A DNA stretch of 64,000 nt. It comes from the human T2T-CHM13v2.0 reference genome, Homo sapiens. The notes beneath the pieces were generated by a model, which saw only the letters and a program-made list of their open reading frames with translations, made no database searches and was not told the origin of the DNA. The position numbers and the translations under genes were made by a program. Location of the stretch: the NCBI RefSeq assembly GCF_009914755.1, contig NC_060931.1; one strand, written 5' to 3'. Of the stretch, positions 24,998 through 39,600 are shown piece after piece. Positions within the stretch are counted from its first letter, which is position 1. Each line of letters begins with the position of its first letter.

Positions 24998-26599
24998 TGA
25001 ATTGAATTTTATACACACATAGAAGATGCCTCCAGAAGAATGGTTGGTGTGCTCCATCCATAAGTGGAGACATTTCTATGAATATAATCTAAAGAAATGG
25101 TGAATGAGCTTTGCATTTATTTCCACATGATCCTAGTCACTGGATGGGAGAGCAGTAGGTGTGATGAGAATACCTTGGGCCCAGCCCCTCAAGATGTGCC
25201 ATAGGTGATAACTAACTGCCTGCCACATTCCCCAGAATGTGCTGACTTAGCCAGAGATCCAAGGGAGGAAGGGAGAGAGGACCCATTAATTTTGGATCCG
25301 TTAGTGACATAAAGCCTGCCAAGTGGGAAAGAGTAAAACTATAGGAAGAAACTTTATTTGCAAACTTTTGGGAGGTTATCCCCAGCAGCAGGGAGCCAAG
25401 TAACCACTGGTGGGTGAAGAGGCTCTGCTGAGCCCCTGACTTTGGGTTCCTTCCGGAGCAGCGGGAAGCTGCCTTGTCAATCACTTCTGCAGGCAAAGCC
25501 AAGTTCATCTCCCTGACTTTAGCAAATACTCCCTCAGGCCCCCTGCCCCCACCTCCCAGTGGAGGAGAAATCTGCCTCCTTTCTCCTTACAAATGAAAAC
25601 TGGTGTTGATGCTACCCGCTAGACTCTCTTAGCAAAACTTAGAATTGTGAACCATATGTAAAAAGGGAAAGCTTATCACTGGTTTCTTTCTTAACCTCAT
25701 AGGTGAAGTATCTTAGAATAGGTAACTGTTTTCACAGCTTCTGTTCTGTTATTGAGAGGGAGGAGTGGATTCAAACACTAGATGAATATGGTGTCTGTTC
25801 AACTTAAAGGTAAGGTAAATCTAGTTACCGCCCTCCACAACTCTGGTTTCAAGGATTACAGCCCACTTAACTCTCTTTAAGGCCTGGATAAATATAGGCT
25901 GCCTAGTCTTTCAAACATTCCTGGGGTTATTGGTCTAGTTAGAGTGAGCTTTCTAGAAAAGTTTTAAGCCCTCCTGATTCCCCCAGGCTGACTCTGGCTC
26001 ATTCTGCAGCATGCCTGTGTGACTTTAACATGTCAATCACTCAACTAGACGGTGGACACATCGTGTGCTTGGAGATCAATAGACAATAAGTTAATAATTA
26101 TTGAAGAGTAAATGGGGAATGGAGCAAGGCAAAATAGAATGCTGATTAAATTAAAGATAAAAATCCATTTTCTCTCTAATGAATAGTTTTCATATTAGAC
26201 TCTGTAGTAGCATCTGCTTTCAGAGAACCCCACTAGAGACAGGGCCCTTCATACATGTGAGGCCCAGCTAACCAAACCCCTTGACTTCAAAGGAGTTTTT
26301 AGTTAATTCTTCCTCCTCCTTCTGTTTTCTACAGGCCACTTCCACTATACAAGGTCACATGTTTCTCTGAATTTCACCTGGTTCAGGAACATCTGTTGCC
26401 ATAGATCCCCTTATACCCTGCTTCAGACCCTGAACATCCTTTGGGTATTTCTAACTTTAGTCATTCATTGAATATTTGTTGAGCCCTCCCACTCCCTGAG
26501 CCCCCACAGTGCAATGTCTGTGTTTTCCTCTATGCCTGCTACATAGTAATACAAGACCTTCACTTCTTAAAGCTAGGGTGAGCTTAATGTGGTATGGTG

Positions 26600-26895
26600 A
26601 TTTTCCTCAACTTGCAATATTTCTCAGAAAAATCTTCCCTAGCCTTCCTAACAAAGTCATGCCCTGCTACTAGATAGTCTCATAGCAGCATGGATTTGTT
26701 CTTTGGTGGGTTGTGGTTTTATAAGTATGCGTGTAAATATTCAGTTAATGCCCATCACCCTCACTATGCCAGATGTTCCATCAGCTCAGGGATTGTGTCT
26801 GGTTTTTTTCCCTCCATCGTTTTTATAGAGCTCCGCATAGTGCCTGACATATAGTAGGTTCTTCATATATAAATGATGAATGATCAGTCAATGAT
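26600..26895 (+). mobile_element. L2 3' end
   Basis: cagggattgtgtctggttt...gcatagtgcctgacatatagtagg...aaatgatgaatga. Confidence 0.7.
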
Positions 26896-28049
26896 CGAAT
26901 TTGAAATGAAGTTTTAAATAGCTCAACATTTCTTTCTGCCTCTATCTCAAGTCCCATGGTGCACCCCTTTCTCTGGTGGATTCCATTTCTATCTCACAGT
27001 TGATATAGCAAGTACCCCACTGTGCAACTAAACAGGTCTTTTAGGGGTAAATCACTTTTAATTTTAGCCAAAGTCTGAAAGAAAAGAGGCCCCTTCTTTT
27101 TACTTCTCAACGCTTCTCACCAGCGTGGTCTTAATTTCAAAGCTGATGATGAAGACAGAGCATGGAAATGGGTCTGGCTTATGGCTCTTCTGGCAGCAGC
27201 AACTTTGGGAATAATTGAGAGATCATATTTCAGACCCATTTTGCACACCATCAAAGCAAAGTGGATAGGAACTGAGGCTTTTGAAATCAGAGGGGCCAGG
27301 CCAGTTTTCATGCTACCCCAGTTGAAGTTCTCTGGTATCTTAACCTCGGCAGACAGATATCATATGCCTCCCTCTGGTGTGGTGTTTTGGATTTCTGGAG
27401 AAATATGATATTTGGTCTCACTTTCATCGTGCTTACCATAGCACTCTAGGCCGAGACCTCCTAAATCACAGTATCATGCAATCCCCTCTAGCTGGTGAAA
27501 CCTAAATGTTGGGATTTCATTGTCTTCTCCCCAAGAGGCCACCTTTTTGACCAGGTGACTCTCCTCAGTGATGATATGGTGCAATTTTTATGAGATTTTG
27601 GGATGTGAAGCAGCTCTGTAGAATGAGATAAGTGAGCAGTCCCCTAAATCAATTATGACGAGTACTCTCCCAAATCACTTTTACTAAATATTTGAGCAGT
27701 CCGGTCAGCATCAAAGTCAGAGAAGCTCTAACTCAAACAAACTGAAATTTTACTCTTTCCAAAAGACAAAAGAAAGGAGCCAACTACCCTGGATATCTCA
27801 GAACTGAATTTCTTGCATTGCATTGCATTGCATATATTAGAACAAAAGTATGATCTACACTGCAACTTATTTCCATAACAGCACTCTGGGATCCAGAAGG
27901 AGTGAGTCACAGATGCTGAGAAGCATCTCAATTGCTCATTTGAACAGTTCATATTAAATTATTGAAAGGAGAATGCACTAGAATTGTCTCTTCCTGTTTT
28001 CCTATCCAAATGAAACAAGTTCCTTTTGCTATAAGTGAAGTCTTTTGAA

Positions 28050-28300
28050 CCAGTTAAAAGCGTGAACCTGTAGCCAGCTAGACCTGGGTCCAAGCCTGGG
28101 CCCTGCTAGTTAACTGCTATGTGACCTTGGACTTGTTTACTTTCTTCCTGCTTCAGTTACATCATCCCTAAAATGTGGATAAGCAACCAACTCACATAGA
28201 TGTCATCAGAAATAAATGAGATAATACATATGTAAATTAGTTAGCCTTGTGTTCATTATAAAGATGCCAAAGTGTTAGCTATTATTATTATTGCTATTAT
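28050..28300 (+). mobile_element. MIR SINE
   Basis: agacctgggtccaagcc...tatgtgaccttgg...aaataaatgagataatacatatgtaaa...gttagctattattatt. Confidence 0.75.
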
Positions 28301-29500
28301 TATTAGCACATAATAGTGATTTTCAATAGTGGGAAGGATCCCAGTTTGTTTAATGTCATGTGAACCTTAGGGCCAAGATAATACCATAGGATGCTAGTCC
28401 CATCACACTCAGTGCTTCATTTGCACTGGGACCAAGCCCATGATTTGGAATGAAACCTGACATGTGTGACGTTCTAGCCTGAGCTCAAGAGTGTGGTTAA
28501 TGGATAGTTAAACCTTTCTGAGGCAAACTCAGAAATTACTAGTCCTGTTATATATTGGTTCCATTATCTCCTTGGCAGGATAAGCAGTGCAGTTCTTTTC
28601 TTTTCCCTGCTACAAAATGCAGGTTGACAGAACAATCCTGGAACCCAAGAGTTGGATAAAAATGTGAGTTGCATAAGGCCTTGCATTTGATCCTCTGTTA
28701 TTGCTCTCTGATGAGGCATAGCCATTTAGCCACCAGGAGCAGCCATCCTCTCAGGAGCGACACAAGAGAAGAGCACACCTCTTTGCAAATGGAAAGCTGA
28801 TCTCCTGGTCTTGGTCTCACTTATTCTGCCACAGTTGTTTTCAGCTGTCCACTGGGGACCCTGAAAAAGATGTCATTTCCAGTGCACTCTCCACCAATAA
28901 AACGTGCTAACAGTGCCCTTGGGGAATGTTTGGAGGGACTTGATTCCAGATCAGAAAAGATAAACAGTGATCTGGAGGGTCTGGTTTAGATGCAAGTCAT
29001 ATTTCATGCAAATAATCCTGGGAGGAGTCCAAGGTCAGTATGGATGTTTCTTTTAATTTGGTGTTGGACCAGATTGAGGTGGAATTAATGATTGATCCTC
29101 TTTGTCTCATCCTAGAATGACATCAACCTCTCTCTCAACTCTAGAGCCTCCCCAGTCTCCTGACTTTGGGCCCCTGATGAGCCACAGCTTAGCTGAATCT
29201 TTCTGGGTTCACTTGGAGAGGATTCCCTCTCGAAGTGGGGACCAGGATGGTCTCCAAAGCATGGGAGAACAAAACAGGAGTAGAGGAACATTTGTCATCA
29301 GACCTTTTCCTGCCACAGGGAAAAGAGACAATACATGGTCACTACATTTGAATTCTGAGAAGGTAGAAAATGGACCTAGAAATATATATGTATATATTTG
29401 GCAAGCTAATGTTGATTTCCCTCAAAAGGAAAAGGCAAGGAAGAGAGCTAGAACTAGGATGTATTTATTTATGAACTTGGCACATGTAAGAGAAGACATG

Positions 29501-29846
29501 TGATATGGTTTGGCTGTGTCCCTGCCCAACTCTCAACTTGAATTGTTTCTCCCAGAATTCCCACATGTTGTGGGAGGGACCCAGGAGGAAGTAATTGAAT
29601 CATGGGAGCTGGTCTTTCCTGTGCTATTCTCGTGATAGTGAATAAGTCTCACGAGATCTGATGGGTTTGTCAGGGGTTTCCGCTTTTGCTTCTTCCTCAT
29701 TTTTCTCTTGCTGCCACCATGCAAGAAGTGCTTTTTCACCTTCCGCCATGATCCCCAGCCAGGTGGAACTGTAAGTCCGATTAAACCTCTTTTTCTTCCC
29801 AGTCTTGAGTATGTCTTTATCAGCAGCATGAAAATGGACTACTACA
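29501..29846 (+). mobile_element. THE1A MaLR solo LTR (sense to CREB5)
   Basis: tgatatggtttggctgtgtccc ... cagcagcatgaaaatggactactaca; THE1A-type caggggtttccgcttttgcttcttcctc; ATTAAA at 29780-29785; flanks acatg/atgtg. Confidence 0.93.
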
Positions 29847-31177
29847 ATGTGTGAAAGGGATGAGCAACCATTCCGAGGGCTGGGAGGGTCTTTTGTGTGT
29901 GGTGGGGTGTTTTTAAAGCTGCCATCAAGCATCTTTGGACACTTGGCCTGTGGATTATTTCTATGATCGTTAGACTTGCTTGAAGAATTATAGCAGCTTT
30001 TCATGATGCATTGGGTCATTCCTTGTGTCCCAGGTTAATTAGCACTGGTGAGTCCATTAAGCTATTGTAATATCACTCACCCCAACCTAGAACTAGTGAC
30101 TGAACATCTTGTGTGCCAAACTCCATCTTTGCCTCACTCTATCCATCATTATTTTATCCCTCTGTTGAGTTGGCCTGGCTCAATTTACATTCTGTGAGGT
30201 GACCTGATGTTAAGAAGAGCGGCATAGGTAGAGCTGGTAACTTTTCCCTACAGAGTTTAGGGGGATGGACGCGGGGGAGTCTATGTTTAAAGTAAGGCAG
30301 AATTACTTCTGTGCTGTGGTGTATTTTAAAAAGCTTTCATTTTTAAACAAGGGACACCTTGCTTTTTCTTTGCTGTCTTAAGTGACTTGCAACAGGCAAA
30401 ATGAAACTCATTGCTTTCCCAACTCAGTATGTTCTGATACAGAACTTCAGCTCTCATCCTGTTTTGCTGGCTGACAGATTTCAGCAAAAAAATGTTCTGT
30501 AAGAAAAAGATGTTTGCCTTTGTATAGTAAATTACATGAGATTAAAAACACTCCCTTTTCTTCCAATCGTGTTGGTAATTTGATCTGTAGGATGTGATTG
30601 AAGTTCCAGCTTTGAACTAAATTATTATAGCTTAAGCCTCTCAAAGTTTAAGTTGATTTGACATATATACAGGATATATATATTATATATCTATAACATA
30701 TATAAATGTGAAAGAGAGAGAGAGCAAGAGATTGTAATGAACATGTTGTATTGCCAGATTTTATTTGGGATTTTCTTCCTGAAATAATGCTAATTATAAA
30801 AGATGGGAAAATAAGCCCATAAATACATATACTTGGATTTTATCCTTACCCACAGATTAAACTTCCATCCATGAGAGTGTCTGGAAATACCTAATAGTTT
30901 CATAAGATAGTTGCAGGCACTTTGGTCTAATAGTAAAGTGGGACTGTATGGGTGTGGAGGTGGGAAACACTGTATACAGAAGGTCCTTTGCAGACACTTC
31001 ATCTGGGCAAGACAGATGCCCCATTTCACAGCATAGCCTCCGGAAACCATGCGCCCCTATGTGTATAATAAAGACACGCATAGCTCTGCACTGCTGCAAA
31101 TTAGTAAAATTCCAACACCTATTTCTATCTGATGAATGAGTAACTTTAGTCCTGAAAGTTCCAGGGAGACCCAGGTG

Positions 31178-31208
<31 letters not shown>

Positions 31209-32839
31209 TTATTGTATTAGTTAGAACCGCATCCTCTCATCAACACGTTGTCCTTTTACACAATCTAAGAAGTCAGGGACAGGCAGGATATGAGAATTGT
31301 TACACAGTGATCTTTAGGATACTATTGTCCACCCTTTTGTGATGTGACCTGCATCTATGGCAGTGTCACCTATGGCTTAATTTCTGCTTCTTATAAAGAT
31401 CACAGGGGATCAATAATTGAGTTATTAAAAGCAATCATGGTGACGTTGAGAGGGTGAAGAACTCTGGGTGTAGGAGTGGGAGTGTGGTGAGGGTGGACAG
31501 CAGCACTTAGATTGTGGGGATTCCTGCTTCCCCACCGCCTTTCTTCCCACCTTCAATTCAGTACCCCCACCCTTTACATACCTGTGTCCCTGGATCTTCC
31601 TTTCTCCATGGTCCTCATAGCCTCTCTTCTTTTACACTTACCTCTCCTTGAGCTCCCTGATGTGCCTTGGTGGATTGAAGGGAAAATGCTATTTGAATGG
31701 AGGAATTGCTGAGTAGGAAATGGAGAATGGGTGCAAAAACCATCGACTGTCCTGACATCTCCTCCCGTGTCCAGCTAAACTCGCAGGCGCAAGACCTAAA
31801 TTTAATCAGAGCAGACCAGCCTCACGAAGCTCAGACAGTGAACCTGATGAGCAATTCTTACATGCAGAGTCTTTTTAGCATGGCTTTCCTGAGGATCCTT
31901 TTTGGGAGAAAACTCGCTGTAGCAGGCAAATGCTAATATTTGTTTAATTTAATTATGTGAAAACTGAGGATGGTAGGGAGGGGATGATGAGGAGGAGGGG
32001 CTGGCTAATGCGCTATTCATGGAAGAGGTAAAAATTATGCAGGCCAGACAGACTTCTGAAGATTTTCGTTTGCAGCAAGATTTGGAGTGAGGCAAAAGCA
32101 ACATTTTCAGTTTATTTATATTCTATTACAAATAAAAGTTAAAATGTGAAATAATTGTACCCCTAGCACTATCCACATTGTGTCAAAGCCAAAGATATGA
32201 GGGAGCAGGGACTGGAGCTATCAAAAAGTAAGTTTAACATTTAAATACATATCCTAGGGTCTTTAAATATGTGTTTATTCCTAGAGGAGTTGTGGGACTC
32301 AGTCACCATTCAGGGAAATAAATAGCTAACCCCAGATGAACACTTTCAGCCAAGAGTTGTGACAGCCTCTTTGGCTTCCCTGCCCCCCTAAGATTTTCGT
32401 AAAGGATCATGTCAACCAATATGAGTTTCATGTATTTTTCTTTTTTTTCTCTGTCCACTTTCTAGTTGGGGGCATTCAATTAAAAAATGAGAGAGCAAAA
32501 GGACCAAAGGAAAGGAGTATGTAAAATTCTCAAGAATGGATTATCTCTCTCCAAATCATCACCATGTTGGTCTTCATCTTGGGAGAAAGTTGGACCTTCC
32601 TTCATTTCCCTTATTATTATTATTTTTTTTTTTGGAAAGGGGGGCTCCACATAGTTAGCCTCAGTAGAATCTATTTTAGTGTGGGGTGGTGGTGGAAAAG
32701 GGGATTTGTTCTACAGACATGGAAGATAACGAGAAGCAAAAATCCATAAAGGCAAGAGTATTTGGGGACAAAGAAGGGAGGAATAAGTTGGAAATGAAAA
32801 AGGCATTTGCAGGGATGGACTTTTTGTAGTTGGCAAGGT

Positions 32840-33075
32840 AGAGGTCGTGCAGTGTTAAGGGCATGAGCTCTAGAAGCAGCCCCTCAGGTTTGAATCCCGA
32901 ACACACCATCTGCTGGATGTAGGCATGACCAGAGAAAAGGTACCTCAACCCCTATGGGCCTCAGTTTCCTCATCTGTGAAATGGAAATAATAATAGAGGC
33001 AATTTCAAAAGATATTTGTAATGTGTAGAGGAGTTAACCCACAATTATTGGGCACATGGCAAGGGCTCGTCATTT
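32840..33075 (+). mobile_element. MIR SINE
   Basis: gttaagggcatgagctctagaa...gggcctcagtttcctcatctgtgaaatgg. Confidence 0.8.
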
Positions 33076-33578
33076 ATTTGCTTTTATGTATGGTGTCTTA
33101 AAAGCTTAAAATAACAGAAGAGGAAAGACAGAATTTTACACTTGAAACTTCTGGTTGCACTGGAAACATTTCAGCATATAAAGTGGCTGAAAAAGTAAGC
33201 AAGGCAGATCAAAACCACTCAGCAGTCTTGGAGATTGTTAATTCAGTTCTTCTATCTGGAAAAAATAGATACATTTTAAAATTCTGGATTCTGTGGAAGC
33301 CATTGAAGCATTACTATAGTTAGGTTACTGAATAAAAATCTAGGACAAAAAAAGTATGTTTGGACAGAAAGCTTTTGCTAGAGGTTTTTCTAAGTACAAT
33401 AAGATTAAGACATATTCTTAGGAACTTCACATGAAAGACATAAAGTGAATGTATATTTTTATACAATTAATTTCTGAATACATTATGGTGTGGTATATTT
33501 TCCTGCATAAGGGCAATCTTTTTAAATATATACTACTAATTTAATCTGTGTCAGAATTCACAAATTTGGGCTATTTTA

Positions 33579-34500
<922 letters not shown>

Positions 34501-37239
34501 CAAGAATTAAGGATTTGTTTATTTCTAATTTGAGTTTTAACTTGGTTGATTTCCACAATCCTACCATGACAAAATAAGGTAATTCCCTTACAGGCACTCA
34601 TGATAATCACTCAAAAGATGGCCTAATTGGCTGACTGCTCTTTGAATGTGAGCATCCAAAGGTCAGCAACTGCATCCTATCCCCAAATTTATAAATTCAG
34701 TATACTCCACTGCTACCAGATGAGTATTCAACGGTAGAAAACTTTATGTATAATTGAATGAAATCTAAAAAAACATGCAGAATCATTTTTCCCACAGCCT
34801 TTGAGAACTTAGCCAACATGATCTGGTATGTTTGTTTTGATCACGGCCTATTTGTTGAGGCCTTTTGATCACATTGAAAGCAAAATTGGGCAGTCACTCA
34901 TCTGAATCTTTGTTCCATGTCGTACCAGCTCCCCATCACTATTCCTGTAACCTTCCTATCTCAACCAGATGCAGAACAAAGAGGTGAATACATTTAGCAG
35001 GCTGTGCAGAACTTGGACATCCCAACCAGGTGGAAGTTGTCTCAAAGGAGGTCTTTGTTGACAGTGGCTGCTAATGAGCAATGAGTACAATCTGAATGTG
35101 TCATACACATTGTCCACATTTTGGATTTGAATTTATTTTCCTCATTGTGGTTCAAAACCTGGTAAGCTTTATACCCCTACGCTTTAGTTCGTTACTTAGT
35201 CCGTTAGTTGGTTGGTAAGTTATAGCCAGTGGTGCTTTTAGTTTAGAAAACAGTGTGGAAGTTTTGCTGTGGATTTAGGAGTCTTTAGGTAACATAAAAG
35301 TATTCACAGAGGTGTAACCATTGCTGATGTGAGGAGAAATGTGTCCTCAAGGGATCTGTGGCTGAGAGCTGGGTTGTTTCACAAGTTTAAGGGCAGTGCT
35401 TATGTAAGAATACATGTAGCATATAGTATTTAGCAGGATGGGGTGCGTAAAAGGACACCATCCTCCGCATCTGTGTGACACTTGAAAGTTTTCAAACCAG
35501 TTCATGTGCATCTTCTAGTTTTTTCAAAATCCAGGTAAGACAGGATTTCTTTTAACAAATAAAGGGAAAAAAAGAAAATTAGAAGGATCATGACTTATTC
35601 AAGGTCACCACCACAGGAAATGAGGAATCAAGAACTATTTGTGAAGTATTGGCTTTGGTGCCCTTTTGACTAGATCTCACCACCTCTGCACACTTGATAC
35701 TAAAAAAATGTGATAAATTCCATTTCTTTTTCATATTGGATATAGATATCTGAGGGAATCTATGCTTATGGTGAGATTTGGGTTTATTTTCTGCCATCAT
35801 ATACTTCTGTGGATGAAAGATTAATAATAACCATTTTCTTATAGAGCTAGATAATAAGAGGCAACACTGCCTACTAAATAGTGCTTGGTGCAAACATTTC
35901 ATTCAGAAGAATCAAAACTTTCTTCTTCTAAATAACCACTTATATTCCAGTGGTTGGATTAACCTACTCCTTGCTTCTTTCATTGGTCAGATAATGTATC
36001 CAATTGAGGAACTTCTCTACCTAGGGCAAGAACCCAATAGATAATTTCTCAGTAAATAATAAAATAATAAATATTAAATAATAAAATAAAATAATAAGAT
36101 AATAAAAGTCATGAGCACAGCCCTCTCTGTATTTCTTCTTGATGTATATCATGTTGATTGTTTTCTGTTTCTTGTCCAAGATTTTTTTTGTCCATTATGA
36201 TACTATAGATCAAAATAGCCCTATCATTGGGGCCAAAATTATTTTAATTGATGTAGAAAGGTTTTTAATGACAAACATTACTCTTAAATAAAGTGTTTTT
36301 AAACTAAGTTTTTCCTTTGTTTTATTTTTAAAAAGATGTAAATGATTTAGTATTTGCATCCTACCCCAGGGACCTGGGAGAATTAATATATTCTCTTCCA
36401 GTCACTATGTGACAGCAGCTTGATGGAAACTAGAACCCAGAACTTGATGGTTTATATAAGGGCGTAGGATACAGAAAAATTTATGCCCTTTCTCATTAAA
36501 AAAAAGAGATAACATTGCACAGGAAGGTATTGAAGGACATGAAGGAACAAGAGCCTAAAAATTTTGATAATTTGGGTTCTTGTAACACTGAAATGACTTA
36601 CGTAGAGAAGACCATGTCTATAAAGAACTGGATACCTTTGCCTGGTTCTGACAAGAAAAAGAAAGTATTCATATTTGGTGGACGTGGTGGTAGGTAAACT
36701 ACTAATTTGTAAACATTGGAAATTTTTACTTTAAGTGAGAGCAATGTTGATAGATTCAAAAACAGCTCGTAATTGCTTTCTACTTTTGTATTTTGCCTGA
36801 ATCCATCTAGATATTGTGAGAAGACCCACCTTCTCCTCTGATTCCATCACCAAGCATTTATCTCTCATTTGTTTTGTCAAAGACATGACACTTCAGGACT
36901 GTGTGGAAAAGAGTATCCAGTCTTCCTATTTTTCTATTTTTGGCCTTCATGCATGGAATTCCCTTATTTCAAAAATATCTTTTTGGGGAAACCCAAACAA
37001 TGCGCTAAAATTAATACTCCAGGAGGAAATGAACTGGAGCTGACCTTCACTGCTTCCTGCTCCTTGTTTCCTGCTATTTTAACAACTTTCTCAAAAATGG
37101 CACTCGTCCATCTCTGGTCTTGTTATCAGAGTTGAAGTTGATTTCCTGCCCATGAGACAAAGAAGTGAGGGGCACAGTGCTTTGAACAAAATGAGGGGTT
37201 TCACAAAATTGAGATCAGACAAGCCAGACACAAGAGTGC

Positions 37240-37505
37240 CTTCGGTCCTTGATTCCACTGACATGAAACCCTAGAACAGGCAAAATGTTTTCTAGTGACA
37301 GAGGCAGATCAGTTGAGCCTGGGAAGGGGGACTGGCTGCCAAAAGGCAGGAGAGAATTTTTTGAGGTGACAAAAATGTCTTATATTTTTATCATGCTGGT
37401 GGTTTCATGGGCGTATACGTTTGCTAAAACTCAACGACTGAACACTTGACGTGGATAAATTTCACTATATGCAATTTTATCTCAATAAAGTTGATTTTTT
37501 AAAAA
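37240..37505 (+). mobile_element. L1ME-like 3' end
   Basis: ctagaacaggcaaaa...ttgaggtgacaaaaatgtc...atgcaattttatctcaataaagttgattttt. Confidence 0.75.
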
Positions 37506-38267
37506 TTGCAATTAGAATAAGATTGGGAAAGCATTACTACCAGCTCTCTAATTGTCCTTTGATCTTGCCCTCAATACAGAGAAAATGGTTGTGGTAACAT
37601 TTTGATAGCAACCACCACTTTTCACATTTCATAAGATTAAAATGTCCATGAAATACCACTGAAAAACAACTTGTCTCACCAAGAAAGATTTTTCCTACTT
37701 AACTAGAGTTGTTTGCATTCTGTTCTTCAAGATATATTCATGCTTGTGGGTAGAATTATTAATTTTTTACTTTACAAAAATTTATTTACAATTTTACAAT
37801 TTTATTGCTGTCCTACTTATTAAAAAGTGTGAATAATTACCTGATGAGTTACCCCCACATCCTCTTGATTCAAATCACACCTTCATATGAGCCTCCTGGC
37901 AGATATTTCTGGTGTGTTTGTCCAGCCTTTGTGTGAGAACAGTCATCCATCCCTGGGAATAGGGCCCTCAGCAGTCAGAAGTGGCTCATGCCCATCTTCC
38001 CTCTGCCTCTCAGTTATAAAAGGCTCTTATCAGAACTGATTCCTACTTAGCCCCTGCAAATTCTGTTGCAGCATGGCTTTTTTATCTATATGCCCCTTTT
38101 CCTCTTTTCTTTTTAATTGGCTCAGGGAGACCATCTTATGTTACTCATACAAGATTGTCAGAAACAGATATAAGTTTATCTGGTGACAAAATGAGTGATC
38201 CTTTTGAAAAGCTAGGTTATGATTTCTCTAGTTAGGCTTCTGAGACAAATATGAAAGTTGTGGTCAT

Positions 38268-38622
38268 ATTTTGAAATTTAATTTTTAATTGACATGTAAT
38301 TTTACATATTCATAGGGTACATAGTGATGTTTGAATATATATAAGGTGTAGTGATCGGAGAGGGGAATTAGCATATTCATCATCTCAAATATTTATCATT
38401 TCTTTGTGTTGGGAACATTCAATATCCTCCTTCCAGCTATTTGAAACTATATTTTATTGCTAACTCTCATCATCTTACACTGGTATAGAACACTAGAACC
38501 TATTCCTCCTATCTGGCTGTAAATTTGTATCCTTCAACAAATCTCTCCCTATCCTTCCCTTCTCCCTGCCCTTCCCAGACTCAGTATCCTCTCTTCTACT
38601 TCTTACTTCTATGAGATCAACT
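38268..38622 (-). mobile_element. L1MA-like 3' UTR fragment
   Basis: tacatattcatagggtacatagtgatgttt...gggaacattcaatatcctcc...tatgagatcaact. Confidence 0.85.
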
Positions 38623-39188
38623 AAAAGTTGTAATTTTCTGCTCATCTTTTTAGACCTATTTTACAGAGAGTGTAGCTGATTGGCAACCTTTTAATTAATA
38701 TTCAAGAAATCTGAGCTTGTGGATAAAACTAACCGAGAAATGTGTACAATGTGAGGCCCCAAGACTGAATGCAAGGAGAAATAGGAAGAGGAAAGCTGTT
38801 GCACAGAGTATCCCTTGAGTGGGCGTGAATGAGTGTTTGCATACACTCACTGGGGGCGGAATGAGGCCTTCCAGGCACTGGAACGTGCAAATACATCTGG
38901 AGCGTGCTCATTGACAGGAGGATCCAATCCATAATAACAAGCTGGGTTCACTTTGCTGCCATAGGAGAAAGGTGTGTGTTTCACCATTTGCCTTATGGAT
39001 TTGAAAAACATTAAACCAGGTAGTATTTCAGAGTTTAAATGAAGTACACAATGCTCAGTGGTTCCAGCACCAAACTCTGGAAGTGTAGTGCATTGGAAGG
39101 AAAGTGGTTTAATGTCGTTTTATCTGTTGAACCACAAAATGATAAAGAACATTGACTCTTACCCAAAATAAGACCAGTGCCCACAGGG

Positions 39189-39189
<1 letters not shown>

Positions 39190-39237
<48 letters not shown>
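39190..39237. repeat. (TG)24 microsatellite
   Basis: Read directly. Confidence 0.97.
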
Positions 39238-39241
<4 letters not shown>

Positions 39242-39527
39242 ACCATGTGCATACTTGGAAAGATAGTATTCTAACAAAGCCAGCCTTGGGAGTTGGCTTG
39301 CTTTTAAGGCTCACAGTAGAAGAGTTAAACAGAATTTCTCTTCCTCCCTCTGGCTTTCTCTGTTTTCCTCCAGACTTTGCCCTTCGAAACAAACACTGAA
39401 CAGCGCCGTACATGGTGTTTCCTGGGTAATGTCATTGGCTGTGAGCTTGGTTTATTAATCGTGGCATCAGGGCACTGAGAGATCTTATATGACTTCCCCT
39501 TATACCATACAGATTTCACACCCATGC

Positions 39528-39538
39528 CTCTCTCTCTG

Positions 39539-39599
<61 letters not shown>

Positions 39600-39600
39600 C
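39528..39600. repeat. Compound (CT)n(CA)19 microsatellite
   Basis: Read directly. Confidence 0.95.

Noticed and set aside
27568-27640. GTGATGA C-box-like motif suggesting a C/D snoRNA
   Set aside because: No suitably placed CTGA D box or terminal stem.
29118-29125. TGACATCA ATF2/Jun-type site suggesting CREB5 autoregulation
   Set aside because: An 8-mer is expected about twice by chance in 64 kb over both strands.
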